Shown: one piece after another, positions 35,076-49,711 of the stretch
Numbering within the stretch: the first letter of the stretch is position 1
Layout: each line of letters begins with the position of its first letter
Program-made: the position numbers and the translations under genes
From: Octopus sinensis
Lineage: Eukaryota
Length of the DNA: 64,000 bases
Reading direction: 5' to 3'
NCBI RefSeq assembly: GCF_006345805.1
Contig: NC_043014.1
Location: 47,120,001-47,184,000 of the forward strand
Notes under the pieces: model-generated
The model's database searches: none
The model's input: the letters and a program-made list of their open reading frames with translations, nothing else
Told to the model about the DNA's origin: nothing

Positions 35076-36782
35076 TTTACCACATGGAGGACACATGTTA
35101 TCCATTCAAAAGTACCCAAAGACTGTTATCTTCACTTAAGCATTCACCATTTGGTGGTAAAAATTTTCATTCCACAAACTGCACAGTGGAATCATATCAG
35201 TGACCAAGTTACAGTTGGTGTGATAAAAACTTTGACACCAAAAGGTGATTGCTTAAGTGAAGTTAAGTCTTTGTGTATTTTTAATGGCTAATATATATCT
35301 TCTATGCTGAAATTATTTTAGTTTCAACGAACTGTCTCAGATAAAATCACATGCCTAGCAAGTACACCTCCATTTAAAGATATTTATGTTGTAAATATAA
35401 TAATTTTAAATAGAGTTAATATTAGTTATAATGAATTTATTTAAAAACCGTTTGTATATTAATTAATATGTTTATTAAAGAAGTAATTGAATAAAATAGA
35501 CTGAAATAAAGATGGTTAATTTATTACAATACAAGAAGAAGAAGAAACCTTTGGGTTCCTGGTGAGATGATTATTTCCCTTGTCATTAAAAATGACCAAC
35601 CAATCAAATGAGAGATATGTTATTTATCAACTGAGAAAGATGTTATTTATCACCAGCTCAGCTCTAAGACATTCCAAACTCAAAGACACTCCAAACATGA
35701 CCAGCCCACCATTTTTTATAGTTAGAATTACATTGTCCAATATATCGTTCCTTTTTATTTAAAACAGTGAGAGTGCAAAGGATTTTGCTCTTATTCTTAG
35801 TAAGTTGAACACTTTTTTATTGGCTCAGATTAGGGAGAAAGTTGTTTTGTTTGGTGTTTGACAGAGTCATGTGTTGGCACCATGGAGTGTTCAGTGATTG
35901 GTACACTACTATACTGGTGTGTAGCTATATATGTCATTGCTACTACAAACATACTATGTTATAGAACTGGGATGTGATAGAATTAGTATGTAATAGTACT
36001 AGAGTACTATGTATAATAATACACCAATACTATTACACACATGGTATTAGTGAAAGTGTGATGGGACTTTTGTGTGATAGTACTTGTGTGTGATAGTATT
36101 GGTGTGTGTTAGTATTGCAACACACATAGAACAGGTGTGTTGTTGTGCTGTCTTCAGTAAACTTGCTTGGATAAATCTTTTAACTTAAAGGGAAAAAAAA
36201 ACTTGTCTGAGATTGTCAATGCTTGCCACAATTGTTTTGAGAAAATTCTGGATTTAAAATGAAACTCTGTCAACATATCAAATATATTTGACAGAAAAAA
36301 CAAGAAACAATTAATGTTATGTTAATATATTTTTAAATCAATATTGTACATCGTTAAGGGCAGACTGTTTCAAATAGTGCTATGTCTTGTTATGAGTAGA
36401 TTATGTTTAAAAACAATTTCTGTTAACATCTCATGAAGAGTAGCCAATATCTTAAAACAAGTCTCTGTATCATTAAGGGTAGGTAGCTTGTCTTTGAAAG
36501 TCTCAACAAGTTTATTGTTCATATTTTTCGAGCAATGCTTTGCTACCTGCTCTTAGGTTTCTGTAAACTAGACAAAGAAAGGATTCGGATACATGCAAGC
36601 AAATCAAAACTTCAGAGGTTTTGATCAGCAAAACAACCACTTTTCAGGAAATATTTCCTCAATTTTAATTTCAAGGGAAAAGAAAATTTTTATTCCAGTG
36701 ACTGTTTTATATATATATATATATATATTTTTCTTTTTTCCTTTTTTTTCCTTAATTGAAGCTTCAATATTTTCTTTATTTT

Positions 36783-37000
36783 AAGGCAGCAAGCTGGCAG
36801 GAAATATTAGCATGCAGGATGAAATGCTTATATTATTCATCTGTCTTTACGTTCTGAGTTCAAATTCTGCTGAGGTTGACTTTGCCTTTCATCCTTTCAG
36901 GGTCGATAAATTAAGTACCAGTTATGCACTGGGGACGATCTAATTGACTGGCACCCCTCCCTAAAACTTTCAGGCCTTGTGCCTAAAGTAGAAAAGAATA
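36783..37000 (+). mobile_element. SINE family B-related copy
   Basis: Same head and core motifs. Confidence 0.75.
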
Positions 37001-38149
37001 TTTCCTTTATTTTCCAACCTCATGTATTTCGTGAGAAATTCAATTTTTCTTTGTATTTTTCTTTGATGTATTGAAGAATTATTTAGGTTTTTATGAATTA
37101 TGAAATTTTAAAGCTTTAAACGTTTTGTGAATGAATGAAAGACTATTCAGTTATTTCTTGTCTTAAAATAAGTGTGACCAGAATGGCCGGGGGGTGGGGT
37201 GTCTTTGAGTTACTTTCACAAATACATGAAATTTACTTGGTATCTGCCATGGCATAGAAGCTGAAAGTTAGTGATGATAATAACGATGATAATGATGATG
37301 ATGATGATGTTGGGGATGACGGTGACAATGATGTGTCAATCTACTTAACCGGAAATATTTTCCATGAGTAGATTTACAAAGATCGAAATGAAAATAAATA
37401 TTTTTTAAAGGACAAAAAAAAAAGATATATATTTATTCAGTTAATTTTATTTTAGAGTCTAAATGGCTGTAAACTCCTGGAGGTACACTTGACTATCATT
37501 TTTAAAGCGTTATTATTTCAAATAGGATTGTTGATTCATAGATGGCAGAGCACTAAACAAAATACCTTGTGGTATCTAATTACGATTCATTACATTCTGA
37601 GTTCAAATTCTGCTGGGTTAACTATGCTTTTCTTTCCACCAGACTTGATAAAAGAAGTACCAGCTGGGTACTGGGGTAAATACAATCAACTATAACCCCT
37701 CCCTTAGTACCAAAAAATTTGAATGTATGAAAGAACTAATTTCGATACAAAAACAAAACAATACTATTTCTCTTCTTATCCCTTTATCTATCTATATATA
37801 TATATATATATATATATAGTTTCTTATCTTATTTGCGACAAACTACTAAAGTTTCATGTTAAGAGTAAGATATATTGTTTAGTTAAGATCAAACTGTTGC
37901 CTTCTTATTCCAGCAATCTTCAGGCTTGGAGATAAACCTGAAGGGTTCTGAAATAAAAAGGTAACACCTTGATCTATGCTAAGCCAGATACCTTGCTTCT
38001 GAGATGAAACTTAAGTAGTATGTCGCAAATAAGATTCTGTATATAAAAATATTAACAGCTCTCAAATGTATTGAGTGCTTTATTTTGGTGACCTAACAAC
38101 AAACAGTACATGATATATACATACACACACACACACTCTTATATAGACA

Positions 38150-38668
38150 CATTTGTATACAGAAACATATATAAATATATACATACAAATATACATGCAT
38201 ATATAAATATATACACATATATATATGCATATATATATATACATATATGCATGTATATATATATGCATGATTATATATATATATATATATATATATGCAT
38301 ATATATATATATATGAATATATATATATATATATATATGCATATATATATATATATATGCATATATATATATATGCATATATATATTATATATATGCTAA
38401 ATATATATATATATGCACTCATATATATATATATGCAATATATATATATATATGATATATATATATATGCATATATATAGATATGCATATATATATATAT
38501 ATATGCATATATATATATATGCATATATTATATATATGAATATATATATGCATATATATATATGCATATATATATATGCATATATATATATGCATATATA
38601 TATATATATATATGCATATATATATATATATATATATACTATATATTATATATATATGCATATATATA

Positions 38669-38711
<43 letters not shown>

Positions 38712-38757
38712 TATAATATATATATGCATTATATATATATATATGTATAATATATAT

Positions 38758-38791
<34 letters not shown>

Positions 38792-38853
38792 GCATATATA
38801 TATATATATATATCTATATATATGCATATATATAGATATATAAAATATTATGC

Positions 38854-38908
<55 letters not shown>

Positions 38909-39017
38909 TATATATATATACATATATATTATATATATATATATATATATGCATATATTATATATATATATACATATATTATATATATTATATGCATATA
39001 TAATATGCATATATATA

Positions 39018-39060
<43 letters not shown>

Positions 39061-39225
39061 TATATATGCATATATATATAATATGCATATATATATATAT
39101 ATATATATATGCAATATATGCATATATATATGCATATATATATATATATATATGCATATATATATATAATATATATATATATATGCATATATATTATATC
39201 ATATATATATATATACATATATATA

Positions 39226-39256
<31 letters not shown>

Positions 39257-39290
39257 GCTATATATTATATATTATATTATATATATAAAG
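38150..39290. repeat. (TA)n microsatellite with GC interruptions (ATATGC)
   Basis: About 1.1 kb of alternating TA; source of the many YI-rich ORFs. Confidence 0.95.
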
Positions 39291-39979
39291 CCAACTTTTG
39301 TATCTTACAGTGTTGATATATTCTGTGTTTTAAAGAACCAAACTTCTTTCCAAGTGAAACAAAAATGCACAGCACCGCCATTGTTCTACTAAACTGAACA
39401 AAGCACTAAAATGTTTACTTGTCATTATTATTATTATTGCTATTATTGATTATCTCTACAATCATTATTTAGTACCAGTTATATACTGGTGTCGATTCAA
39501 TTTCGAGTGGTCGACTTAATCCGTCACCTGGTGTATCAGAACTACCTTCCTCTTTGGTGTTTTTAGTAGGGTCCACTGTGTGGTTGTTGGTACGTAGGAT
39601 ATGTCAGCGGTCTCAGTATAACCTTCTGTGTTCCTGCCACCAGTTTTAGAGGCCAGGTTAACGGTTTCCATCCTACCTCCTGTAACTAAGTCACTAAAAA
39701 TATAAACTTCGCTTTATACCTCTTCATCTTCTACAAATTCCTGGGTTTTTTTCCCATGAAAGAAATTGTTATTGGCAGAATTGTTGGAGCATTGTGGTAT
39801 TTGTTTTGGTTCTTTATATTCTGAGTTCAAATCCCACCAAGTTCAGCTCCACCTTTTCGTCTTTCTAGTGCTGATAAGATAATGCATCAGTTATATACAG
39901 AAATTAACCTAATTGACAACCACACTCCCCCGCAGTTTCTGGCCTTCTGCAATGTTAGAAAAAAATTATTATTATTATT

Positions 39980-40150
39980 AAGGTAGCAAGCTGGAAGAAA
40001 CGTTAGCACGCTGGGCGAAATGTTTAGTGGTATTTCGTCTGCCGCTACGTTCTAAGTTCAAATTCTGCCGAGGTCAACTTTGCCTTTCATCCTTTCGGGG
40101 TCGATTAAATAAGTACAGGTTATGCACTGGGGTCGATGTAATAAACTTAA
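39980..40150 (+). mobile_element. SINE family B
   Basis: Head and core. Confidence 0.8.
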
Positions 40151-40665
40151 TGCAAAAACAGCCTGCAATAGTCAATAAATTAGAAATAATATTCTAAAAT
40201 TTATCCTTTCTGTACAGCCCAGTACCATATGATCCACAGTGCAGTGATCAGGGGCTCTGACTGTAGGGAACCTAGAGTAGAGGGCTAGATATTACTTGTG
40301 GAAAAGAAAAGGTATGTGGGGGAGTGAAGTGAGTTATAACTTTCAGGTTAAATTTTAAATAACCTTCCTTTCCTTGACAATCAGATGAGAATCAGTTTGT
40401 AATTAGTGTGTTTTGTTAATTACGGCTTCTGCTGCAATCTCATCTTATATCTTGAAATTTAAAATGATTTTTAATCTAATTCAAAAAACACCAAAATGAG
40501 AACGTAGCAACAGAGTACCACACAAACATAAAATTGGGGAGTTACACAAAGTGAAGTGGGGGGGGTTGCATCTGTGTGTGTGTGTGTGTGTTTATTTGTC
40601 CGTCTGTGAGTGTGTGTGTGAAACAATAACAATCCTTGGTGAACAATATTAGACAATCTTAAAAG

Positions 40666-41085
40666 GCGCAGGAGTGGCTGTGTGGTAAGTAGCTTGTTTA
40701 CCAACCACATGGTTCCGGGTTCAGTCCCACTGCATGGCACCTTGGCCAAGTGTCTTCTACTATAGCCTCGGGCCGACCAAAGCCTTGTGAGTGGATTTGG
40801 TAGATGGAAACTGAAAGAGCCCTTCGTATATATGTATATATATAATATATATGATATAGATGCGTGTGTGGTTTGTGTGTCTGTGTTTGTCCCCCTAGCA
40901 TTGCTTGACAACCGATGCTGGTGTGTTTATGTCCCCGTTACTTAGCGGTTCAGCAAAAAGAGACTGATAGAATAAGTACTGGGCTTACAAAAAGAATAAG
41001 TCCCAGGGTCGAGTTGCTCGATTAAAGGCGGTGCTCCAGCATGGCCACAGTCAAATGACTGAAACAAGTAAAAGAGTAAAAGAGA
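40666..41085 (+). mobile_element. SINE family A
   Basis: Full-length copy. Confidence 0.85.
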
Positions 41086-41694
41086 GAGAGGGAGTATATA
41101 CATGTGTAGCTTCTTGGTGGATCACTGGATCCCTAACAGTCGTACTATAAGAATTCCCAGCTGCTGGACATGATAGCATGTGTGTTACCCTGGGGCAACT
41201 AGTTTTATCTATGCTGCATGTGTCGGTCACAAGTTAGCTTACCAAATTTCATTTTCTCCAAACCATTGATAGTAGCAGGTTGAGGGTCCCTGTTTTTTGG
41301 GGGAGTAGAGATAAATGGGAAGTTCAGATGTTGATGCTTTCCTCTTAGCGTCCTTAGTGAAACATGTAGTGTAAAATAACTACGACCAGGAATCACATGG
41401 GTTGCATGTGTCATTTTGCCATGAATAGCAATAGCTCCACTTTGTGACGGTCACAATGGTTAATGTCTTGATTCCACTCAGACAGTAGATGTTATCTTTG
41501 AATGGAGTCAGTCAGAGACAGACTGCATTATATTTAAAGACATGGTATCAGACAACATCACCTGAAGATGTCAGGCAACAACACCTAGCATAATAGAAGA
41601 AAAGATAGTTTATTAAATTATTTCATGATAAAAATATATACAGACTAAAGCTTGTAAAGATAAACAGACACAAATGCATCATATATACACACCA

Positions 41695-41955
41695 GCATAT
41701 CACAACATAATATTGTATACAATGCAACACATACCATGATATATATTTATATATACACACACACATGCACATATACATTCAAATATATATATACACCCAC
41801 TAACATATACTGTAGCATATCATAACATAATATTGTATACAATGCAACACATACCATGATATATATTTATATATACACACACACATGCACATATACATTC
41901 AAATATATATATACACCAACTAACATATACTGTAACATATCATAACATAGTATTA
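41695..41955. repeat. 120-bp tandem duplication
   Basis: 41701-41820 and 41821-41940 differ at about 3 positions. Confidence 0.9.
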
Positions 41956-42502
41956 TACACCAATATCTTATAATATTTTGTAATATACCCCATGATATAT
42001 TGTATCATACAATAATAGTTTACCTTAATAGACTGTAGACACCAACATATCATTATATATACACCTATGACATGGCAAGATATATACACACTAACACACG
42101 CCATGATATATGCACAGCGATATATATCATAATATACTCACCAGGTAATGATATATAAAGTAGTAAATCATGTTATACACACCAGCATATGTCGTGATGT
42201 ACCTACAATATACGCCATGTTATACACATCAACACATACCATTTTAAACCCACTTATACACGCTGTATCTCAGCTATAACGAACATGTGCCAACAATCAT
42301 ATACACTAATTTATAGAATCAATCGGAATTATATTAACACACAGCACAACATAGACAAAATTGTATTTAATTCATAATTTAACTTTCTTTCACTTGTGCT
42401 ATGCCTCAGCACATAGACTTCACTCCATTTGCATATAAGTCACAGACCAGCAATTAAATTTATTTCAAGATGATCTGGGTACATGGTACTGATAAGCCAC
42501 CA

Positions 42503-42907
42503 TAAGGCGGCGAGCTGGCAGAAACGTTAGCACGCCGGGCGAAATGCTTAGCGGTATTTCGTCTGCCGTTATGTTCTGAGTTCAAATTCCACCGAGGTCG
42601 ACTTTGCCTTTCATCCTTTGGGGGTCGATTAAATAAGTACCAGTTACGCACTGGGGTTGATATAATCGACTTAATCCATTTGTCCCTTCTGTGTTTAGCC
42701 CCTTGTGGGTAGTAAAGAAATAGGTATTTCATCTGTCGCTACGTTCTGAGTTCAAATTCCGCCGAGGTCGACTTTGCCTGTCATCCTTTTGGGGTCGATT
42801 AAATAAGTACCAGTTACGCACTGGGGTCGATATAATCGACTTAATCCGTTTGTCTGTCCTTGTTTGTCCCCTCTGTGCTTATCCTCTTGTGGGTAGTAAA
42901 GAAAGAG
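42503..42907 (+). mobile_element. SINE family B head-to-tail dimer
   Basis: Unit 1 ends gggtagtaaagaaata and unit 2 restarts at ggtatttc. Confidence 0.85.
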
Positions 42908-44616
42908 GTACTGATAAGCCACAATAATGGTGAAATATCAATATCTACCATTCTCAGTGATTCCAAGGCGAATTGTCTTACCTGGTCTGTGACATTCAGG
43001 TATTCTTTAACACTTGGTATCATTTGCAAATTTGGCATATAAACCTTAATATAAATACATACACCCTGTACAGGCAATAAATATACGTTATCAACAACAA
43101 TAATGTTGTTTAACTATGAATTAATTACAGATGTAACATTACACGATGTTTCCAACAGTGGCAATGTTTACATTACTAGAGCTGTTTTTAATTTGTAATT
43201 TAATTTTCTATGACATATCATAAATAGCATAATAAATTATAATAAACTCCAAAACACTGCCACAGCATAGACCACTCGACAACAACGCATCAGAACATGC
43301 GTAGACCACACACCAACACATACACGTATAGGCCATGCAGCAAAACATCCATAGACTGTCTACCTTTAAGTATTATTATTATTAGTTGTGGGAAATATTT
43401 CTAGAACAATCTTCTAATATCTGCTTCACCCGTCCAATGACATTTCTGAATAAATCTCGAGAAATTTACAAACTTCTACTTTTAACCAAACTTACACGAT
43501 AAAACTTCTGTTTGTGTGTTCACATATACATAAATACATACAAACGCATACATATATACAACATACACACACACAAACACATCTACAAATAAATACATAT
43601 GTATGCATATATATATATACATATATATATAAAATACACAGGATACATACACACACACATAAATTTATTTATTAATGTTTCTTTTTATGTCAAGTTACAT
43701 ATCAAAACAATTTAACATTAAATCGAAAGATTATTCTTTTTAGTAGAGTAACTATTTATTTCAATTTTACAAGGCAAAGGTTGACAGTAACTTCAAAGTT
43801 GCAACTTGCTTTCTTCAAACTGACAAAGGTGAGCAAGTTAATGCAAATATTTACCTTGCAAAAAGTTAATAAATACATATACATAAGTGTATTAATATTT
43901 TATATTTATGTACACAGACATATATATATATATATATATTATATACAATATGTACATACATGTATATATATGCACATCAGTTGCATACACAAATACGTGT
44001 AAAAGAATTTCAATACGAAGATGGAACGAACAGGCTTTAGTCCAAATTACTACAATTGTTTCTGTGAATTGGTGATTACTGAATGTTTCACATATTGTAC
44101 AGACTATTGCATATGACATATGAAATGCTCAGCAATTACCAGCTGATACTAATGCACAGGAACAATTGTAGTGATTTGAATTAAAGCCTATTCATTCTGT
44201 CTTCTTGTAATGAAATTCTTTTGTATAAATTCTGTGGATATTAATGGATTTCCACATGTATATCCAGTAAAAGGAAAATTCCTGCTTTATGATAACACAT
44301 GGTAGCTGATACCCTTAGAGGAGCTTTGGAAAGTATGCCAAAAGGTTTTTACCTAGATGATATTAAATATAAATATATACATACATACACAAATTGTTTC
44401 ACTATAGACTTATGCCATAAATCCATATTTATTATAATTTTTATGAACATTTGACAAGTATATTTTACGAAGAATACACACACACACACAGACAAAAGTG
44501 TTATCTTGTACCTGAAGAAATGTTTGGTATTTACTTCTCTGGCTAAATATGTTATCATAAAACTATTCTTTAAAAGTAAAACCGGTGTCCCTCCACCCTG
44601 AGTTTATATACATAAT

Positions 44617-44647
<31 letters not shown>

Positions 44648-45464
44648 CAAACACACATGCACATATTTATACACATATACACAAAAATACATACACATAC
44701 ATGAAATAAAGTTTCTGAAGTGCTGGAGGGATGATGTTCCCCATCTTGTGAGAACTAAAAATTCCTCAAACTTATTTTAAATTCATGGCAGCTGTTTAAT
44801 AAATGGTAAAAAAATGGCTTTTATTCAAAACTGTATACACATTTTCCCCCACAAACAAAAATGTACATACAACATTCTTAGAGGAAATATTCTTAAACTC
44901 CTGAAAATATTTAACAAACATTACACATATGGATAATTTCTCCTGCCCTCCTCTCTCTTCCTGAATAAGTCACAAAATAATGACAAACGCTGTTAAAATG
45001 GTTTCTTTGTTGTAGCAGAACTGTTGAATTAGTTCCAGAAACTGCCTCCTGTTGTCTGCTGTGATTGTCTTCAGGTTATTGTTGAAATATATCTAAATTT
45101 ACTGTTTGGTATCTCTGCTTAACATAAATTATCAATGGTAGACATTTGTAAATATCTTCAGTAATAAAATATTTATTTCAGTGTTTCAAGTCTTCAGTCC
45201 TCATTTACTGTCAGGAGCAGAATATAAGTATGGGCATCTGCAGCTCTTTTTCTAAAGTTGCTATTGTCTGTGGTTACCTCTACAGAGACTTCTCTATCTA
45301 TCTCTACATCTGTTTCTATGAGGTCTGATCAATAAGTATTCAGACCATTGCTATAGCAATTTTAGCAAGCTTTTAATCCACTAATTTAATATGTTTGATC
45401 ATTCTTCGATAGCTGTAGGAATTAATCCAGTGAGGAACAACAACAACTCGTATTATTATTATTA

Positions 45465-46020
45465 TTGAGTGAGAGAGCAGTGCATGTCATCAAAGTGACA
45501 CTGGGGTAAAATATATGAAGCCCAATATACCCATCATGACTACCCGTCTGATAAGGGTACACCAGGCACATGCATCACAACCATATGTGCGCGACATGGT
45601 GATCTCATATCAAGGTAAACAGCACATGACCTTGCAGGTGGGGCCCAGTTAGAATTTTCTTCAGGTTGAGTAGCCCATCCTGCTCAAAAGGTCCCTGAAT
45701 AAGGGTTGTTTAGGGATGTTGAAAGAACCACCTATGTTTCCAGAGGTGAATTATTCAAACCCCAAAGAATCCCTCTCAACACATGGCTATGATGCTCCCC
45801 CACTATTTCTGCTCGTGATCAGAGATGCACATATCGTCAGCCACTAAGGGACATGCTCAACTGGTTAAAGTCAAACAACTGACAAGCAAATCTGTGGTAT
45901 CGAGCAGAATATTTGCTGTAGCCCATCTTTTATACCAAGACAAAACAATGTACATGACAACACTTCCAATCAGTTAAGATCAGAAGCCATGAGAGCCACT
46001 GTCTGGTACTGCATCAGGGC

Positions 46021-46025
<5 letters not shown>
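45465..46025. mobile_element. Unclassified interspersed repeat bounded by (ATT)n on both sides
   Basis: Compositionally distinct block with ATT repeats at both ends, inside the mariner relic. Confidence 0.45.
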
Positions 46026-46051
<26 letters not shown>

Positions 46052-46054
46052 TTA

Positions 46055-46288
46055 CGTGTAGGTGGCACGTAAAAAACACCATTTCGAGTGTGGCCCTTGT
46101 GCAGGTGGCACGTAAAAGCACCCACTACACTCTCAAAGTGGTTGGCGTTAGGAAGGGCATCAAGCTGTAGAAAACACTGCCTGATCAGACTGGAGCCTGG
46201 TGCAGCCATCTGGTTCGCCAGTCCTCAGTCAAATCGTCCAACCCATGCTAGCATGGAAAGCGGATGTTAAAGGATGATGATGATGATG
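46055..46288 (+). mobile_element. SINE-like family D
   Basis: Core plus (GAT)n tail. Confidence 0.75.
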
Positions 46289-47279
46289 TACATGGAGTAT
46301 TTATTCCAATCTATGATGAGAGCATTTTCACACAGCTTGTATATTAACATTCAACAGAACAGAATGGAAGTTGAATAAGAAGAGGTTTTTGTCTTGCCGC
46401 CTTCCATGACTGGTATAGAGGATTTAACAAAATTCAAATCAACGCAGGGGTTGTCCCGTAGCAGGAACAGAGATGGAGAACAACGTAGTTAGCTGCAGGC
46501 CGCGTGGGAGAAGAAAAGTGAATGTTACTTGGCTGTGCGCATCTTTTTATATCTAACGAGCGCCACCTAGTTGTTAACGATGTGACAGGGGAGATAACTG
46601 TAGATGACTCTCATTAAAACATGACAGCACTGGATTCAAATAAGGTTGCCTATATAATGAAGTTAAAGTACTCAGAGTGAAGCCGCTTGGCAAAAAGTGA
46701 CTTTGAACTCTGCTGTGCATGTGCACTAAGTTTTAACTTTCTAGCTCACTTCAGCTGTTTACAGCAGTGCTTGGTAGGAAGGTGTGTAGCGTGTGATCGT
46801 TGTATTGACCATGACAGAAAAATGTTGTCATGGTAACACCTGCTCAGAGGCCTATGCAAAGTTGCAGAAAGTATATGAGCTGCACACAAGTGTACGAGTG
46901 GCTCAGACGTTTCCAAGACAGCTGCAAAAATGTCAATATTGACGAAGATTCTGGGAGACCCACAACCAGTAGAACTGAGAAAAACATCGCAGATTGCTTG
47001 CAGCTGTGAGAGGAAATCATCGAATCACCATCCATGAGTTATCAGATGATGTGCAGATTAGTTATAGCTCAGTTCAGTCCATTGTCACTGAAGATTTGGG
47101 TATGAGATGTGTGCCTGCCAAGTTTATCAAAACTGCTTTTAGCTGACCAAATTGCAGCACGGAATTTTGTCAGTGAACAGGTCGCAGTTTCAAAGCGACG
47201 AAAATATTTTGACAAATTAGATTTAAATGTTTAAGTGAATCTAACAATTTTTGTGTATTTTTTAAATGGCTTATAAACA

Positions 47280-47493
47280 CCTTCCACACCTCGCCTGACA
47301 CCTGTGCAGGTGGCACGTAAAAAGCACCCACTACACTCACGGAGTGGTTAGCGTTAGGAAGGGCATCCAGCTGTAGAAACACTGCCAGATTAGACTGGAG
47401 CCTGGTGCAGCCTTCTGGCTTCCCAGATCCCCGGTCGAACCATCCAACCCATGCTAGCATGGAAAACGGACATTAAACGATGATGATGATGAT
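47280..47493 (+). mobile_element. SINE-like family D
   Basis: Core plus (GAT)n tail. Confidence 0.78.
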
Positions 47494-47804
47494 GAATTAC
47501 CTTTATAATTTTCATTAAGGCTGGCACAACATCCAGGAAGGTGAGAAAATCAACACCCATGGAAATGGGGAGTTGTCCCAATATCCAGTGCTGAGAGAGA
47601 GACTAATCCCTAAGGGCTACTGGTCTGAGGTTCAGTGCCACTTTGTGACATCCTGGGCAAGTGTCTCTTAATATACCTCCAACTTGACCAATGCCATGCG
47701 AGTGGGACAAGCGTTCAAAACTGTGTGTCATGTGTGTGTTTGTCTGTTTGTACCCCCCACCTGACAATCAGTGTTGGTATGTTTATGTTCCTGTAACTAG
47801 CAGT

Positions 47805-47904
47805 NNNNNNNNNNNNNNNNNNNNNNNNNNNNNNNNNNNNNNNNNNNNNNNNNNNNNNNNNNNNNNNNNNNNNNNNNNNNNNNNNNNNNNNNNNNNNNNN
47901 NNNN
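47805..47904. other. Assembly gap (100 N)
   Basis: Run of 100 N. Confidence 1.
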
Positions 47905-47984
47905 ACATACATACACATATCAACATATATATAGACATATAGACCTGTTGGGGCAAGTGAAATCGAAATCGGAATCGAAATTGA

Positions 47985-48403
47985 ACCAATCCTATGACTG
48001 GCACCCGGCAGATGCCAGGACCCCTGGACTGGTGGTACGTAAAAAGCACTATCCGAATCGTGGCCGATGCCAGTGCCGCCTCGACTGCCTTCCGTGCCAG
48101 TGGCACATAAAAAGCACCATCCGAATCGTGGCTGATGCCAGTGCCGCCTCGACTGGCTTCCGTGCCGGTGGCATGTAAAATGTGCCAATCCGACTGTGGC
48201 CGTTGCCAGCCTCACCTGGCACGTAATAAGCACCCACTACACTCACAGAGTGGTTGGCGTTAGGAAGGGCATCCAGCTGTAGAAACAATGCCAAATAAGA
48301 CTGGAGCCTGGTGCAGCCTTGGCTTCCCAGATCCCCGGTTGGACCGTCCAACCCATGCTAGCATGGAGAACGGACGTTAAACGATGATGATGATGATGAT
48401 GAT
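47985..48403 (+). mobile_element. SINE-like family D with about 3 monomer repeats at its 5' end
   Basis: catccgaatcgtggccgatgccagtgccgcctcgactg units followed by core and (GAT)n. Confidence 0.8.
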
Positions 48404-48468
48404 ATGTATATATATGCACACACCACACACACACATATATATACATATATGTATACATATATATTTTA

Positions 48469-48860
48469 TTATTCTTTTAATTGTTTCAGTCATTTGACTG
48501 CAGCCAAGCTGGAGCACTGCCTTTAGTCAAGCAAATCGATCCCAGAGCTTATTCTTTGTAAGCCTAGTACTTATTCTATCGGTCTCTTTTGCTGAACTGC
48601 TAAGTTACTGGAATGTAAACACACCAGCATTGGTTTTCAAGCGGTGTTGAGGGGACAAATACAGACACACAAGCGTATACACATATATACATATGCATAC
48701 ATATATATATATGACGGGCTTCTTTCAGTTTCCGCCTACCAAATCCACTCACAAGGATTTGGTCGGCCCGAGGCCATAGTAGAAGACACTTGCCCAAGGT
48801 GCCATGTAGTAGGACTGAACCCAGCAAGCCAGCTACTTACCACACAACCACTCCTGCACC
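48469..48860 (-). mobile_element. SINE family A
   Basis: Reverse-complement copy. Confidence 0.82.
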
Positions 48861-48885
48861 TATACTTATACATATATACATATAC

Positions 48886-48943
<58 letters not shown>

Positions 48944-49299
48944 TATATATGTATATATGTATATTATATATGTGTATATATGTGTGTTTGTGTGGTGTGT
49001 GTGTGTATGTAAGTATGTATTTCTACGAAATCAAAAGAGACATTTGGAACAGTTATATTAATGAGTTCTATCTACTTATCACCTGATGAGATATATCTGC
49101 ACAGCCGGATGGTTCCTGAACCAGTTGTTAAGTGTCCCACTCGTGAGGGATTGATGCTAGACGTGTTGAACAATTGTTGTGGTTAATGAAATTCTCATAT
49201 ATTTCATCTTCCATCTGTCATTTATCATATATGTATATATACATACATATATATATATATAATATATATATAATATATATATATTATATATATATATAT

Positions 49300-49332
<33 letters not shown>

Positions 49333-49449
49333 TGTACATATATTATATATAATAATATATATATATACATATATATATATACATATATATATATACATAT
49401 ATATATACATATATATATACATATATATATACAATATATAATATAATAG

Positions 49450-49480
<31 letters not shown>

Positions 49481-49501
49481 TACATATACACACACACACA
49501 C

Positions 49502-49556
<55 letters not shown>

Positions 49557-49711
49557 CATAATCCACTGCATCAGAAATCTGCAATGGCTCCACAACTACC
49601 ATCTTGGCTATAGCCTTGGAGCCCCAGTAATCCATTACACTACTTACCTAGTATACCTAATCGTTTAGATCTCCTGTGAACTAAACCCCCATACTTTGTA
49701 TGTATAATATA

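Larger units (their letters stand above)
45319..47160 (+). mobile_element. Fragmented mariner transposon with nested insertions
   Basis: TA then TIR-like TGAGGTCTGATCAATAAGTATTC at 45319; N-terminal transposase TQVYEWLRRFQ...SGRPTTS...HRITIHELS...LGMRCVPAKF at ~46850-47130; linking the two parts is inference. Confidence 0.7.

Noticed and set aside
42981-43070. Minus-strand exon with a good donor
   Set aside because: Contains a KFANDTK remnant of a CR1-type RT motif; more likely a LINE scrap
45190-45285. Minus-strand terminal exon VTTDNSNFRKRAADAHTYILLLTVNED* (neuropeptide-like KR site)
   Set aside because: Purine-rich acceptor, no upstream exons found, no amidation signal
45795-45850. CTGACGA...GAAA on the minus strand
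   Set aside because: Stem II mispaired and no valid NUH plus stem I
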